IMG/VR virus record: IMGVR_UViG_3300009183_000050
Coordinates: 64,001-128,000 of that record
Reading direction: 5' to 3' (one strand)
Source of the DNA: a virus
DNA length: 64,000 bases
The notes under the pieces were generated by a model. That model worked only from the letters and a program-made list of their open reading frames with translations, did no database searches and was not told the origin of the DNA. Position 1 is the stretch's first letter; every line of letters begins with the position of its first letter. The translations under genes and the position numbers were made by a program. This document shows positions 9,303-18,930 of this stretch, in pieces.

Positions 9303-10961
9303 ATGGTGCAACTCTTTGGCTTCGAAATAGGCCGTTCTAAGAAAAAGCAAGATGATGAGGTCAACAAATCGTTTGTGATTCCACAAAACGATGACGGTGC
9401 GGTGCAGATTCAATCTGGTTCTTATTACGGTACCTATGTTGATCTTGACGGCGTTGTTAGAAATGAAATCGAACTCATCACCCGCTATCGTGAAATGTCG
9501 ATGCAGCCAGAAATGGAAACTGCTGTCGATGAAGTCGTCAATGAAGCTATTGTAAATACCGATTCTGATAAAGGTATTGAACTCAATCTCGATGACTTGA
9601 AGCAACCCGAAGCCATTAAGAAAAAAATTATCGACGAGTTCAATCAGATTCTCAGATTGCTCAACTTTGGTAACATGGGTCATGATATCTTCCGCCGTTG
9701 GTATATCGACGGCCGTCTGTTCTATCATATTATCGTTGAAGATGGTTCAATCTCTAAAGGTATTCAAGAAGTTAGATATATCGATCCAAGAAGAATCCGT
9801 AAGATCCGCGAGATTCAAAAAGGCAAAGACGTTAAAACTGGTATCGAGATCATCAAGAGAACCAATGAATACTATCTCTATAATGAGCGTGGTGTTATTG
9901 GCGCACATTCTAACATGGGCACCAAGATCGCCGTTGATTCTGTTGTTAATGTTAACTCAGGTCTGATGGATGCCAAGAGAGCGATGGTTCTCTCATACCT
10001 ACACAAATCAATTAAGCCTCTTAACCAGCTTCGCATGGTTGAAGATGCGGCAGTTATCTATCGTCTATCACGCGCACCTGAACGCAGAATCTTCTATGTT
10101 GATGTTGGTAACATGCCTACAGTTAAGGCTGATCAATATCTTAAAGACATTATGACCAAGTATCGTAACAAGCTGGTCTATGATTCTAGCACCGGTGAAA
10201 TTAAAGATGATCGTAAACATCTTTCTATGCTCGAAGATTTCTGGTTGCCTCGCCGTGAAGGTTCTAAAGGCACAGAGATCACTACACTTCCAGGTGGTGC
10301 CAATCTTGGTGAACTGGAAGATGTTAAGTATTTTGAAAAGAAACTATATAAGTCATTAGGTGTTCCAACATCAAGACTAGAATCGTCTCAGGGTTTCTCA
10401 CTGGGTCGTTCTACAGAAATTACCAGAGATGAGTTGAAGTTCAATAAGTTCATCAGCCGTCTCCGCAATAAGTTTTCTATTCTATTCGATGATCTTCTAC
10501 GCATTCAGTTAGTTCTGAAGAAGGTCTGCACAGAAGAAGAATGGAATGATTTCAAAGAAGATATCTGGTACGACTTCAAGAAAGACAACAACTTTGATGA
10601 ACTCAAGGAAGCTGAACTTCTTACAAATAGATTGACACTGCTACAGGTTGTTGATCCTTATGTTGGTCGTTACTTCTCGAAAGAATGGGTTCGCAAAAAC
10701 GTTCTTCAATTCAGTGATGAAGATATCATGGAGATTGATGAACAGATTGCTACTGAAGCACAAGATGCTCAGCCTACAATGGATGCAATGGGTAATCCTA
10801 TTGACCCCGCTACAGGTCAACCACTAGCACCACCGGCACAACAAGGAGCGCCTCCTGTCGGTCCAAACGGTCAACCTATTGATCCCGCCACTGGCCAAGA
10901 AGCTCCGCCGCCACCTCCACCTAAGTTTGAAATTCGTGGTAATGAAATGGAAGCCGCATGA
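9303..10961 (+). CDS. gp20: Portal protein gp20
   Basis: YRLSRAPERRIFYVDVGNMP, EDFWLPRREG, EITRDELKF. Confidence 0.97.
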   Translation: MVQLFGFEIGRSKKKQDDEVNKSFVIPQNDDGAVQIQSGSYYGTYVDLDGVVRNEIELITRYREMSMQPEMETAVDEVVNEAIVNTDSDKGIELNLDDLKQPEAIKKKIIDEFNQILRLLNFGNMGHDIFRRWYIDGRLFYHIIVEDGSISKGIQEVRYIDPRRIRKIREIQKGKDVKTGIEIIKRTNEYYLYNERGVIGAHSNMGTKIAVDSVVNVNSGLMDAKRAMVLSYLHKSIKPLNQLRMVEDAAVIYRLSRAPERRIFYVDVGNMPTVKADQYLKDIMTKYRNKLVYDSSTGEIKDDRKHLSMLEDFWLPRREGSKGTEITTLPGGANLGELEDVKYFEKKLYKSLGVPTSRLESSQGFSLGRSTEITRDELKFNKFISRLRNKFSILFDDLLRIQLVLKKVCTEEEWNDFKEDIWYDFKKDNNFDELKEAELLTNRLTLLQVVDPYVGRYFSKEWVRKNVLQFSDEDIMEIDEQIATEAQDAQPTMDAMGNPIDPATGQPLAPPAQQGAPPVGPNGQPIDPATGQEAPPPPPPKFEIRGNEMEAA

Positions 10962-11800
10962 GTAACATCAAGAAGTTCAGCAAGTTCATGAAAGAAGATT
11001 TGACTGGTGCGTTAGTAGAGCCGCAGTCAAACTCATCTGCTGAAGCTAAGAAGATGGGCCTTACATATGTAGGATTTGGTCGTTATACTGACAACACAGG
11101 TCAAGTTACTCATATTGTGCAGAATGATAATTTGATTCCTTTCTCTAAAGCGGTTAAGACCAATTCGTTTAAGCAACTCAGTGGTGATGATTATGGTTCA
11201 TATGCACAGTCTATGCAACCACAAATCAATCAGACACACCAAGATATGACAAGTTCATATCCACCAGAGAATTTTTCTAACGACGAGTTAGATGCTATCA
11301 AGGCATACACTCAGGGTTCATATTATGATATCAATGAAAAACTAGCAACACTACCTACAGGTGTGGCTTCAAATAAGATTCAGCCAGAGTTTGATGGTGA
11401 TAACAGACCTCAAATGATTGCATCTCTAGACTCAGCATTGAGTAAGAGCCAAACACCAGTAGATATGCTACTATACGCAGGTCTCAGCCAAGACTATGAT
11501 CCTCTGAGTCTTAGTGCTGGTAAAAAGTTTACGTTTAAAGGATTTCGTTCAGCAACACTAGACCCAACAGTCGTTCTGAACGGCGATAGCAAGATGGTAA
11601 TGCAGATTAGAGTTACAGCAGGTTCAAACGGAATGTATCTAGATGACTACTCCGCTGTTCCTGGTGAAAAAGAGTTTCTACTACCTAGAGGTTCACAGAT
11701 AAAAGTTATTAGTGGACCTAACAAGATGGTTGGTAGTAATGCTACAACACAGGACTCTAGTAAACAAATTGCATACTATGATTGCCAATTGGTAAAGTGA
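10958..11800 (+). CDS. ADP-ribosyltransferase-fold protein (Alt/VIP2-like)
   Basis: AIKAYT..SYYDINEKL, F(R)SAT and E-K-E-FLLPRG motifs of the R-S-EXE ART family. Confidence 0.75.
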   Translation: MSNIKKFSKFMKEDLTGALVEPQSNSSAEAKKMGLTYVGFGRYTDNTGQVTHIVQNDNLIPFSKAVKTNSFKQLSGDDYGSYAQSMQPQINQTHQDMTSSYPPENFSNDELDAIKAYTQGSYYDINEKLATLPTGVASNKIQPEFDGDNRPQMIASLDSALSKSQTPVDMLLYAGLSQDYDPLSLSAGKKFTFKGFRSATLDPTVVLNGDSKMVMQIRVTAGSNGMYLDDYSAVPGEKEFLLPRGSQIKVISGPNKMVGSNATTQDSSKQIAYYDCQLVK

Positions 11801-11808
11801 TATAAATA
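11801..11808 (+). promoter_or_regulatory. T4-type late promoter
   Basis: TATAAATA followed by a GGAGG Shine-Dalgarno. Confidence 0.75.
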
Positions 11809-11825
11809 TCTAATCGGAGGATGAA

Positions 11826-11975
11826 ATGCATATTAAAGAAGCACTCAAGAACATTCTAGACAAAAAGCTAGATACGATGAAAGAAAACTTCAATGCCGCT
11901 TTGACCAGTAAGGCTGTTCAAAAACTCGAAGAAAAGAAGATCGAGATTGCACAGACTTACTTTGGAAAGAAGTAA
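11826..11975 (+). CDS. Small prohead core protein (gp67-like), 49 aa, not in ORF track
   Basis: MHIKEALKNILDKKLDTMKENFNAALTSKAVQKLEEKKIEIAQTYFGKK; GGAGG SD; position after portal. Confidence 0.7.
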   Translation: MHIKEALKNILDKKLDTMKENFNAALTSKAVQKLEEKKIEIAQTYFGKK

Positions 11976-11978
11976 GCC

Positions 11979-13817
11979 ATGAAGAAGGTCGGGCAAATCA
12001 GAGAAAACTATAACATCTTGACAGAAAAAGATGATGCGGAGATGCGTAAACTCACATCTCTAGTTCGCGCTGGTTTGTTCGATGCGAAGAAACTACCGAT
12101 GCTCAAAAGAGCATTGAACAAAGACCCTAAAGATATGACACCTGCTGAACGCAAGATACTCATTGAACTACTCGACAGTTTGATGGGTGAGGTTCTTGGT
12201 TCTCAGCAGGTCTATCAGAAGGTCAGACAAGATGTAATGAAGGAAGAACTTAGTGAAGCTAAGACTTCTGACGGCTATCTATCGAAGTATGATCCACGCT
12301 ATGATAAGATGCCTAGTGAAAAACAAATTCCTACTATCATCATTCTAAAGCGTAAAGCCATTCGTATCTATCCAGATAATCAGAAGGTGGCTCTATACTA
12401 CTCTCAGGCCCTCGACAAGTATGTGACTATTCCTTTTGGTACCTTTGATGGCAGTAGTTCGATGAATGAAGAAGTCGAATACTTCTCAGAGTCTCGTGCT
12501 GTAGAGTTAATGCCTGCAAGAGAGAGATTCAAGGCGAAGAGAAAATTACAGATTGATGAATTTTATCAGGCAGCAGCACCTATAGTTGCGCCAGTAATAG
12601 GTGCCGTAGCTAGAACAGCCAGACCAATTCTTGGTCGTTTACTCGGTGGTGCAATGGCAGGTAAAATCGCTAGTGATGCGACAGAAGGTTCATCAGACAC
12701 CAAATCTAAAATAACTAGTATGCTTTTGAAGAAAGATGCTGAAAAAAAGAGCGAATCTGATAGAGAATCACAAAAAGCCAAATCTTTTTCTTTTTTACCT
12801 AAAGAGAAGCCTACTGAAGCTCCACCGGCACAACCTGAACCTTCGAAACCAGTAAAACCTGTTACAGTTCCAGATAAACCGGCTAATGATCCAGGTCATG
12901 ACCCAGCCAAGAAACCTGATTTCAAACCTTTTAAACCTTTAAGACCGGTTAGGGTTCCAAAACCGGCTAATGATCCAAAACAACCCGATAAAGCTCCGGA
13001 TAAACCTGCTCCTGTAGAAACGCCGGCTCCAGCACCGGCTCCTGTTATACCGGCTCCAGCTCCAGTTACACCGGCTCCTGTTATACCGGCTCCAGCTCCA
13101 GTTACACCGGCTCCTGTTACGGCTCCTGTTACGGCTCCTGTTACGGCTCCTGTTACGGCTCCTGGCACTAAAACTGATACAAAAACTCAAACTGATACAA
13201 AAACTAAGACAGATACTAAAACTAAGACAGATACTAAAACATCTAGTCGTCAACCGTGGCGCGAAAGACTTAAACCTTTATTGCCACCATTCTCTTTACC
13301 AGATGTTAACATCGATAAAGGTTTAAGAGATCCTGCTAAGTTCTCATTAGCCGCACACATTAGCAAACCAAAAGGTGATGTTAGAACCGGTGTGCAGCAG
13401 CGTGATAATAACATGTTTAGAAAAAGTCTACAGAACGAAGAAACACCTGCGGCGCCTGCGATCATATATAAGAAAAGAGTTGACCCCGCTAAATTCGGTA
13501 ACATTAGAGTTTCAACTAATAGACCATCCGGTAACACAGACGTTAGAACTGGTGTATCAGCCAGAGATGCTATGATGTATAGAAGATCGCTTCAGCAGAA
13601 TGAAGGTATTCTAACTAAACTAAAGAATGTAACCGAAAATAAAAACTTACATCTTACTTTAGGTGATGATTCAGTTATTATAAATAAAACAGTAGCTAAT
13701 AAAATATTGACAGTTTATGAATCTGTCAGCAAAGAAAACAAAAAGAAGATTGAAGATATGCTGAATGAGAGCGTTGATTCGGTCAAGAAGATCATAAACT
13801 TCGTAGCAAGGCAGTAA
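11979..13817 (+). CDS. Large putative prohead core / internal head protein with Pro/Thr-rich repeats
   Basis: Lies in the head module; IIILKRKAIRIYPDNQKVALYY domain; many hydrophobic-x-E sites. Confidence 0.55.
   Translation: MKKVGQIRENYNILTEKDDAEMRKLTSLVRAGLFDAKKLPMLKRALNKDPKDMTPAERKILIELLDSLMGEVLGSQQVYQKVRQDVMKEELSEAKTSDGYLSKYDPRYDKMPSEKQIPTIIILKRKAIRIYPDNQKVALYYSQALDKYVTIPFGTFDGSSSMNEEVEYFSESRAVELMPARERFKAKRKLQIDEFYQAAAPIVAPVIGAVARTARPILGRLLGGAMAGKIASDATEGSSDTKSKITSMLLKKDAEKKSESDRESQKAKSFSFLPKEKPTEAPPAQPEPSKPVKPVTVPDKPANDPGHDPAKKPDFKPFKPLRPVRVPKPANDPKQPDKAPDKPAPVETPAPAPAPVIPAPAPVTPAPVIPAPAPVTPAPVTAPVTAPVTAPVTAPGTKTDTKTQTDTKTKTDTKTKTDTKTSSRQPWRERLKPLLPPFSLPDVNIDKGLRDPAKFSLAAHISKPKGDVRTGVQQRDNNMFRKSLQNEETPAAPAIIYKKRVDPAKFGNIRVSTNRPSGNTDVRTGVSARDAMMYRRSLQQNEGILTKLKNVTENKNLHLTLGDDSVIINKTVANKILTVYESVSKENKKKIEDMLNESVDSVKKIINFVARQ
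13000..13240 (+). repeat. Coding tandem repeats (CCGGCTCCTGTTA/GGCTCCTGTTAC units and AAAACTGATAC/AAGACAGATACTAAAACT units)
   Basis: Encodes (PAPVI/T)n, (TAPV)n and (TKTDTK)n. Confidence 0.9.
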
Positions 13818-13820
13818 GAA

Positions 13821-14336
13821 ATGGCAAACATAGTAAACTCACAAATTCTTGTAGATACCAGCAAGAGAACTCTAATTAGATATAGTATTGTTTCAGATGG
13901 AACTGCGGCCAATAACAGTAATGCAACTCTATTGAATGCTTCTTCTTTGAAAGGCGCACTCAATACCAACGGTTACATTATGACCAGCAATACGGATCCA
14001 AAATCTAACTATAGACTATCAATCAAGAGAGTTTTCGGCGCATCACATGCTGGTGGTTTCTTCAGAATCAAGTGGCAGAGCGATTCTAATAATGATATCA
14101 TGATTTTCCCACGAGGCCCCTTTGACTATAACTTCGAAAGTATGGGTGATGGTGCTGTAATTCCTCAACCAATAAATGAAGCTAATGTCAATGGTAATAT
14201 TCTGTATGGTGCGGTTAGTGGTGCAGCAAATGATGGTTTAACAATCTTTCTTGATCTTCGTAAAGATGCTAGAGACTATGATGCGGGCCAGACAGCGGAT
14301 CCTGTAGCATTCAACAGAGGCAGAGCGGCTCTATAA
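13821..14336 (+). CDS. Conserved virion structural protein (head module)
   Basis: Sits before gp68/gp21; TATAAATA at 13679-13686. Confidence 0.5.
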   Translation: MANIVNSQILVDTSKRTLIRYSIVSDGTAANNSNATLLNASSLKGALNTNGYIMTSNTDPKSNYRLSIKRVFGASHAGGFFRIKWQSDSNNDIMIFPRGPFDYNFESMGDGAVIPQPINEANVNGNILYGAVSGAANDGLTIFLDLRKDARDYDAGQTADPVAFNRGRAAL

Positions 14337-14962
14337 TGAAACAGTTAGTAGAAAAAATCACATCTAAAGATTTTGATCAGGCTAATGATCTTCTCTCAGA
14401 AGAATTGAAAATCATTCTCGAACGCAAGATGTTTGAGATGAAGAAAATGGTTGCGGCTCGTATGGAACAGAATGCACATGATGTGCGTATGAAACGCCTT
14501 CGTATGGATGTTCTTGAAGAAGATGATGATGAATCTTCTGGTGATGAAAGTTCCATGGCCCGTTCAGAACTAACCGCCATCGCAAAAGATGCTAAGACCA
14601 TTATGTCTAAGATAAAAGGCAATAAAGAACTTGAAGCTTGGACACAATCTAAGATAACAAAATCGGCCGATTATATGAATGCTGTTGCCGATTATATGGA
14701 AGGTGATGATAAGCTTGATGAGGCTCGTATCGCTATCATCAAGGCTCGTATTCGCGGCGGTAAGATTCAGCGCCGTAAAAAAGTATCTCTTGTTCCTGGA
14801 ATGACATTACGCGGTGGTAAACTCACTCGTATGTCACCAGCAGAACGTAGAGCCCGCAAGATGGGTGCCAGAAAAGGTGCTCGTAAATCAAGACAGAAGC
14901 AATCTCAGTCATTGCGTAAAAGAAGGCTCTCTCTTATGAAGAGAAAGAGATTGGGAATCTAA
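14336..14962 (+). CDS. gp68: Prohead core protein gp68-like
   Basis: Basic C-terminus (RIRGGKIQRRKK...RKRRLSLMKRKRLG); immediately before gp21. Confidence 0.75.
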   Translation: MKQLVEKITSKDFDQANDLLSEELKIILERKMFEMKKMVAARMEQNAHDVRMKRLRMDVLEEDDDESSGDESSMARSELTAIAKDAKTIMSKIKGNKELEAWTQSKITKSADYMNAVADYMEGDDKLDEARIAIIKARIRGGKIQRRKKVSLVPGMTLRGGKLTRMSPAERRARKMGARKGARKSRQKQSQSLRKRRLSLMKRKRLGI

Positions 14963-14963
14963 G

Positions 14964-15611
14964 ATGAAACTTATTTCAGAAGAAGTATTAAACGTAAGAT
15001 ACCTTGTTGAAGATAATGGTAAAGGCGGAAAAGACCACTTTATCGAAGGTATCTTTATGCAGGCTGAACGCAAGAACCGTAATGGTCGTGTTTATCCACA
15101 CCAAATTCTTTCAAAAGAAGTTGAAAGATACAATCGTGATTATGTCAGTAAGAACAGAGCATTTGGTGAACTCGGTCATCCAGACTCACCAACAATCAAT
15201 CTAGATCGTGTATCACACATGATTACAAGCTTATCACCAGATGGTAACAACTTCATGGGTAAAGCTAAGATAATGGATACTCCAAACGGTAAAATTGTGA
15301 AGAGTTTATTAGACGGCGGAGCCAGTCTAGGCGTATCAACCAGAGGCGTAGGGTCTCTGAAGCCATCAAACGGGTTTCAACTCGTTCAAGACGATTTTCA
15401 CTTAGCTACAGCGGCAGACATTGTAGCAGACCCATCAGCACCAGATGCTTTCGTAAGAGGTATCATGGAGAATGCTGAATGGATTCTCGTTAACGGTAAA
15501 TGGACTCAGCAACATCTCGAACATGCTAAGAAGTTAATCACTGAAGCTAATCGAAATGATGTTGAAGCTGTAGCACTGAAAGTTTTTCATAATTTTATCT
15601 CGAAACTCTAA
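14964..15611 (+). CDS. gp21: Prohead protease gp21
   Basis: NRNGRVYP, GELGHP, GVSTRGVGSL, DIVADPSAPDA. Confidence 0.96.
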   Translation: MKLISEEVLNVRYLVEDNGKGGKDHFIEGIFMQAERKNRNGRVYPHQILSKEVERYNRDYVSKNRAFGELGHPDSPTINLDRVSHMITSLSPDGNNFMGKAKIMDTPNGKIVKSLLDGGASLGVSTRGVGSLKPSNGFQLVQDDFHLATAADIVADPSAPDAFVRGIMENAEWILVNGKWTQQHLEHAKKLITEANRNDVEAVALKVFHNFISKL

Positions 15612-15615
15612 GTTA

Positions 15616-15623
15616 TATAAATA
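15616..15623 (+). promoter_or_regulatory. T4-type late promoter
   Basis: TATAAATA upstream of gp22. Confidence 0.8.
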
Positions 15624-15648
15624 ATAAAAGGAAAAGGAGTATTCTACT

Positions 15649-16884
15649 ATGAGCAAGTCTCTTACAGATGTAGCAAAACAGATCCTTGCCGAGTCAAATG
15701 ATTCTGCACCAGATCGTGATGCTAATAGCACTACACCACTTAAATCATCTCTACGCCCTAACGCAAAGGCTGTAGAAGGTCGATTTGCAAATCCAGGCGC
15801 AATGGTCGCAACTCAAGGCGCAGCCTTGCTTGACACCGCACCTACAACAGTTCCTGGTGCAACCACTAAGAAAGATACCTCAGCCTCTTCGCAATCACGC
15901 AGAGGTGTTGGCAAGGCGGATGATAAACCTGTTAAGAACAAAGATTCTGCTGAAATCATGGAAGATGATGATTCATATGCTGGTTCTGAAGTAATGGAAG
16001 AAGATTATGAAATTTCTGAAGAACTAGAAGCTTTCATCGCTGAAAAGATGGAAGAAGGTCTTTCAGAAGAAGAAATTGCTGAAGCCATTGACGAAAACTT
16101 CGAACTCGTTTCAGAAGAAGTAGTTGAAGAAGAATCCACAGAATACACAGTAGACATGTCTGAACATGTTGAAGCACTTCTTGCTGGTGAAGAACTCTCA
16201 GAAGAATTTAAAGAAAAAGCTAAGACAATCTTCGAAGCGGCTGTTAAGTCGAAAGTAGAAGAAGAAATTGCTCGTATCGAAGAAGCCTATGCTGAAACTC
16301 TCGATGAGCAAGTAGCACAGATTCAAGAAGAACTATCTTCAAACGTTGATGATTACCTGAACTATGTTGTTGAACAGTGGGTATCAGAAAACGAAGTTGC
16401 TATCGAAGCTGGCCTCCGTTCTGAATTGACAGAAGAATTTATCTCTGGTCTCCGTAACCTGTTCTCTGAACATTACATTGACATTCCAGAAGAAAAGATT
16501 TCTGTTATCGAAGAAATGTCAGAAAAAGTTGCTGAACTTGAAGAAAAACTCAATGAAGAAATTGAACGTAATGTCAATATGACAAAGGCTATCAATGAAT
16601 CAAAACAGTATGAAATTCTTGTTGATGCCTGTGAAGGTCTCACAGATACTCAGGCTGAAAAGATGAAGTCTTTGGCTGAAGGCATCAATTTCAATTCTGC
16701 CGCCGAATTTGCCCAGAAGATCAATATCATCAAAGAAAACTATTTCATCTCAAATGTTAAGTCTGAGAATGTTCTCGACAATAATGAGATTGCCAATGAT
16801 GGTAGAATGATTTCTGAAGAACTCAACGGTCCAATGGCTGCTTATGTCAAAACACTTGGTCGTCAAGTTCCTAAGTCAAAATAA
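15649..16884 (+). CDS. gp22: Prohead scaffold protein gp22
   Basis: ELSEEFKEKAKTIFEAAV, VDDYLNYVVEQW; acidic coiled coil before gp23. Confidence 0.93.
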   Translation: MSKSLTDVAKQILAESNDSAPDRDANSTTPLKSSLRPNAKAVEGRFANPGAMVATQGAALLDTAPTTVPGATTKKDTSASSQSRRGVGKADDKPVKNKDSAEIMEDDDSYAGSEVMEEDYEISEELEAFIAEKMEEGLSEEEIAEAIDENFELVSEEVVEEESTEYTVDMSEHVEALLAGEELSEEFKEKAKTIFEAAVKSKVEEEIARIEEAYAETLDEQVAQIQEELSSNVDDYLNYVVEQWVSENEVAIEAGLRSELTEEFISGLRNLFSEHYIDIPEEKISVIEEMSEKVAELEEKLNEEIERNVNMTKAINESKQYEILVDACEGLTDTQAEKMKSLAEGINFNSAAEFAQKINIIKENYFISNVKSENVLDNNEIANDGRMISEELNGPMAAYVKTLGRQVPKSK

Positions 16885-16891
16885 AGTTTCT

Positions 16892-16899
16892 TATAAATA
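16892..16899 (+). promoter_or_regulatory. T4-type late promoter
   Basis: TATAAATA upstream of gp23. Confidence 0.8.
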
Positions 16900-16941
16900 A
16901 CCAATACGAATATCGTAAGATTTCAAAAGGAGAATACTAAA

Positions 16942-18270
16942 ATGTATCTTACAGAACACCTAGAAAGTAAATGGGCTCCGGTCCTTGACCATGACGGTCT
17001 GAATCCAATTAAGGATCAGTATCGTCGTGCTGTTACAGCAATGGTTCTTGAAAACCAAGAAAAAGCCATGGCTGAAGAATCTCGCCAGCTAAACGAAACC
17101 GCACCAACAAACAACTACGGCGGTGGTAATATTGGTTCATACGATCCAATCTTGATCTCCCTAGTTCGTCGTGCGCTTCCAAACCTACTCGCATACGATA
17201 TCTGCGGCGTTCAGCCAATGACAGGCCCAACCGGCCTGATCTTCGCAATGCGTTCACGCTATGCTTCACAGACAGGCACAGAAGCTCTCTTCAACGAAGC
17301 TAACACTGCCTTCACAGGTACCAATGCTGCCGGCGCTAACGGTAACGTTCGAGGATCATTTGCCAACACAAACCCTGTATATGATACATCTGCGGCCGCG
17401 GTATATGGTGTTGGTGCCGGTATGACAACCGCTCAGTCTGAAGCTCTTGGTGACGTTTCAACAAACATGTTTGCTGAAATGGCGTTCTCAATCGACAAAG
17501 TTACCGTTACTGCAAAGTCACGCGCTTTGAAGGCTGAATACACCATGGAACTTGCACAGGACTTGAAGGCTGTTCATGGTCTTGACGCTGAGACAGAACT
17601 TGCTAACATCTTGTCAACAGAAATCCTTGCTGAAATCAACCGTGAAGTTGTTCGTTCTATCTATCGTTCAGCTACAGTTGGCGCTCAGTATGGTGTTACA
17701 ACTGCTGGTACTTTCGATCTTGACACCGATTCAAACGGCCGTTGGTCAGTTGAAAAGTTCAAAGGTCTTGTGTTCCAGATCGAACGCGATGCTAATGCGA
17801 TTGCTCGTGCAACTCGTAGAGGTAAGGGCAACATCATCATCGTTTCTTCAGACGTTGCGTCTGCTCTTGCGATGGCCGGTGTTCTTGACTACACCCCTGC
17901 TCTTCAGGTTAACCTGAATGTTGATGATACTGGCAACACCTTCGCTGGTACTCTTCATGGTCGTATTAAAGTCTACATCGATCCTTACTTCGGTGGTTCT
18001 GCAAACGGCGACGAACTCTGCACCGTCGGTTACAAAGGTACTTCACCTTATGACGCCGGTTTGTTCTACTGCCCATACGTTCCACTTCAGATGGTTCGCG
18101 CTATCGGTCAAGACAGCTTCCAGCCAAAGATCGGCTTTAAGACTCGTTACGGCATGGTTGCTAACCCATTCGCTACCGTTGCCGGCGACGGTCAGGTTGC
18201 TGACCGCACTACAAATGCTAACAATGCGAACATCTACTATCGCATTTTCCGCATTCGTAACCTTACATAA
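16942..18270 (+). CDS. gp23: Major capsid protein gp23
   Basis: GVQPMTGPTGLIFAMR, ELAQDLKAVHGLDAE, FQPKIGFKTRYG. Confidence 0.98.
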   Translation: MYLTEHLESKWAPVLDHDGLNPIKDQYRRAVTAMVLENQEKAMAEESRQLNETAPTNNYGGGNIGSYDPILISLVRRALPNLLAYDICGVQPMTGPTGLIFAMRSRYASQTGTEALFNEANTAFTGTNAAGANGNVRGSFANTNPVYDTSAAAVYGVGAGMTTAQSEALGDVSTNMFAEMAFSIDKVTVTAKSRALKAEYTMELAQDLKAVHGLDAETELANILSTEILAEINREVVRSIYRSATVGAQYGVTTAGTFDLDTDSNGRWSVEKFKGLVFQIERDANAIARATRRGKGNIIIVSSDVASALAMAGVLDYTPALQVNLNVDDTGNTFAGTLHGRIKVYIDPYFGGSANGDELCTVGYKGTSPYDAGLFYCPYVPLQMVRAIGQDSFQPKIGFKTRYGMVANPFATVAGDGQVADRTTNANNANIYYRIFRIRNLT

Positions 18271-18298
18271 TCAGAATAAGATTATTCGAAAACAAACT

Positions 18299-18326
18299 GG
18301 GCGGGGGAAACCTCGCCCTTTTTTTT
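18299..18326 (+). terminator. Intrinsic terminator after gp23
   Basis: GGGCGGGG-GAAA-CCTCGCCC followed by a T-run. Confidence 0.85.
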
Positions 18327-18327
18327 A

Positions 18328-18335
18328 TATAAATA
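18328..18335 (+). promoter_or_regulatory. T4-type late promoter
   Basis: TATAAATA upstream of gp3. Confidence 0.75.
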
Positions 18336-18353
18336 TGTGAAAGAGGATCTTTC

Positions 18354-18872
18354 ATGGCCACTACATCAGTTATCAATACAATACCTGAGAATACCAGCAT
18401 TCTTCAATCGACAAAGTTTACCTTTGTTATTCCAGATTTGTCTTTTGCCAGATATTTCTGTCAGACGGTAAGTTTGCCTGGAGTATCCACTTCTGAAGTT
18501 GCTGTTGTTTCACCTTTCTCTAATACATACAGACATGGTGATAAGCTGGTCTATGATCCATTCACAATCAATGCTATCGTTGATGAAGAACTCCGTGTAT
18601 GGGAAGAAACCTATAAGTGGCTCTTATCGATTACAAAACCAGAATCATATGCTCAATATGGCCTATACAATGGTTCACCTAGAAATGCCTACTATGATGG
18701 CATCTTAACAATCAATACCAATGCCAACAATCCAAACATCCGCATCAAGTTTAAGAATTGTCACCCGACAGCATTAGGTGCTATTCAGTTTAACACAGCT
18801 ATCAATGCCGATACGATCCCGACAGCAGATATTAGCTTTAGATACGATAGTTTCGATATAGAACGTCTTTGA
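18354..18872 (+). CDS. gp3: Tail tube terminator / tail completion protein gp3
   Basis: YFCQTVSLPG, GDKLVYDPF...VDEE; position after gp23. Confidence 0.85.
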   Translation: MATTSVINTIPENTSILQSTKFTFVIPDLSFARYFCQTVSLPGVSTSEVAVVSPFSNTYRHGDKLVYDPFTINAIVDEELRVWEETYKWLLSITKPESYAQYGLYNGSPRNAYYDGILTINTNANNPNIRIKFKNCHPTALGAIQFNTAINADTIPTADISFRYDSFDIERL

Positions 18873-18875
18873 TGG

Positions 18876-18904
18876 TTGCCAAACTCTAAAGTTTCCTCTA
18901 TAAT
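18876..18904 (+). promoter_or_regulatory. Sigma70-type promoter
   Basis: TTGCCA-N17-TATAAT upstream of uvsY. Confidence 0.6.
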
Positions 18905-18930
18905 TGGATACATTTTAGATATGAGGTAAC

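Noticed and set aside
9300-9728. Long minus-strand ORFs opposite core genes (also 27867-28379, 30957-31424, 56221-56754)
   Set aside because: They overlap well-conserved plus-strand genes and show no recognisable motifs
13000-13240. Tandem repeats as a possible CRISPR array
   Set aside because: Units are 12-36 nt, in frame, have no unique spacers and encode Pro/Thr/Lys low-complexity protein
12896-13253. Minus-strand repetitive ORFs (GAVT and RSRN repeats)
   Set aside because: Antisense shadows of the coding repeat
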